A stretch of DNA of 64,000 nt, from NCBI GenBank assembly GCA_045593325.1, contig JAZNWL010000067.1, forward strand, positions 1,149 to 65,148, written 5' to 3'. Source of the DNA: Acutalibacteraceae bacterium. Lineage in GTDB: Bacteria > Bacillota > Clostridia > Oscillospirales > Acutalibacteraceae. The translations under genes and the position numbers were made by a program. The notes below the pieces were generated by a model. The model worked only from the letters and a program-made list of their open reading frames with translations, did not search any database and had not been told where the DNA came from. Within the stretch, counting starts at the first letter, position 1. Each line of letters begins with the position of its first letter. Below are positions 63,305 to 64,000 of the stretch, in pieces.

Positions 63305-63927
63305 TATGCGTATACCTCCTCAAGTTTTTCCACAGCATCTTTCACAATAACCAAGCTATCGGCATTGAGGATGTCATAGGTGTTGATGGTGTTCACACCG
63401 GCGGCTTTCACACCGGCAATGTTGCGGGTGCTGTTTACCAGAACTTTGTTAGCATCAGCATAAACAACCAAAGTCTTTTTGGCAGCGCCGATGTTAGCCA
63501 ATGTTTCAACCACAGTTTTGGTTTTGTAGCTTTCCAGGGTCATAGCGTCCAGAACGATCAAAGCGTCATTGGCAACTTTATCAGACAAAGCAGAAAGCAA
63601 AGCCAATTTGCGAACCTTTTTGTTCAAAGACAAGCGATAATCGCGGGGCTTGGGAGCGAATGCGATACCACCGTGGGTCCATTGAACAGCACGGGTGGAA
63701 CCTTGACGGGCGTGACCGGTGCCTTTTTGTCTCCAGGGCTTTTTACCGCCACCGGCTACTTCTGCACGAGTCAAAGCAGATTGGGTTCCTTGACGTTGGT
63801 TGGCAAGGTAGTTTACCACTGCCAGGTGCATGGCCTTTTCGTTGGGTTGAATTCCGAAGATGGAATCGTTCAGTTCGATTTCGCCGGTTTTCTTGCCGGT
63901 CATATCGACTACTTGTACCTTAGGCAT
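63304..63927 (-). CDS. rplD: 50S ribosomal protein L4
   Basis: GGGKKPWRQKGTGHARQGSTRAVQWTHGG. Confidence 0.97.
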   Translation of the reverse strand: MPKVQVVDMTGKKTGEIELNDSIFGIQPNEKAMHLAVVNYLANQRQGTQSALTRAEVAGGGKKPWRQKGTGHARQGSTRAVQWTHGGIAFAPKPRDYRLSLNKKVRKLALLSALSDKVANDALIVLDAMTLESYKTKTVVETLANIGAAKKTLVVYADANKVLVNSTRNIAGVKAAGVNTINTYDILNADSLVIVKDAVEKLEEVYA

Positions 63928-63946
63928 CTATAAACTCTCCTTTCCC

Positions 63947-64000
63947 TTACGCTTTCACGCTATCGGCGATCATCACGATGCCGCCTTTAGGACCGGGGAT
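63947..64000 (-). CDS. rplC: 50S ribosomal protein L3, C-terminal 17 codons only (5' part outside the window)
   Basis: Hand translation: ...IPGPKGGIVMIADSVKA*. Lies directly upstream of rplD. Confidence 0.85.
   Translation of the reverse strand: MPGPKGGIVMIADSVKA

Overview
64-kb chromosomal window from a Gram-positive anaerobe. The lineage call (Clostridia, probably Oscillospiraceae/Ruminococcaceae-like) is an inference from gene order, the many dockerin modules and a KOW gene between map and infA.

Core blocks, all on the minus strand:
- 49.6-64 kb: the contiguous S10-spc-alpha ribosomal cluster, from a partial rplC to rplQ, including secY, adk, map, infA, rpmJ and rpoA.
- 11.6-15.5 kb: rpmG-secE-nusG-rplK-rplA-rplJ-rplL.
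- 32-41 kb: prfA-plsX-rnc-radical SAM-smc-ftsY-rdgB.

Accessory content between these blocks:
- At least six secreted proteins with dockerin-type modules. They include a GH31 enzyme, a GH25-like protein, an LRR protein, and an edge-truncated ORF of at least 1512 codons whose paralogous neighbour carries a dockerin.
- A heterodimeric ABC exporter operon with a DUF1854 gene.
- A visibly AT-rich island encoding a LytTR response regulator and an AgrC-like histidine kinase.
- A MecA-like adaptor, DegV, ComEC, two AraC regulators, cysK, hpt, an MFS transporter and a phosphoglucomutase.

Three real genes are missing from the supplied ORF track: the edge-truncated ORF at 1..4536(-), rpmG at 15363..15512(-) and rpmJ at 52443..52556(-). 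I recognised no rRNA, tRNA, CRISPR array, transposase or integrase.

Main hypothesis: a candidate LytTR operator occurs in front of two promoters. It is an identical 15-mer plus a second half-site 21 nt away, at a nearly fixed distance from a -10 box. It appears to link the two-component system to the ABC/DUF1854 operon and to a secreted half-dockerin protein, giving a candidate uncharacterised sensing/export module.

Other notable items:
- An iteron-like array of a 9-mer plus hairpin in a 430-bp convergent intergenic region.
- A SecE with a roughly 165-aa multi-TM N-terminal extension.
- A uL24 carrying a four-Cys zinc-ribbon pattern.
- A GC-rich multi-hairpin element between ftsY and rdgB.

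All calls come from reading the sequence and the ORF translations by eye. No database search was run.
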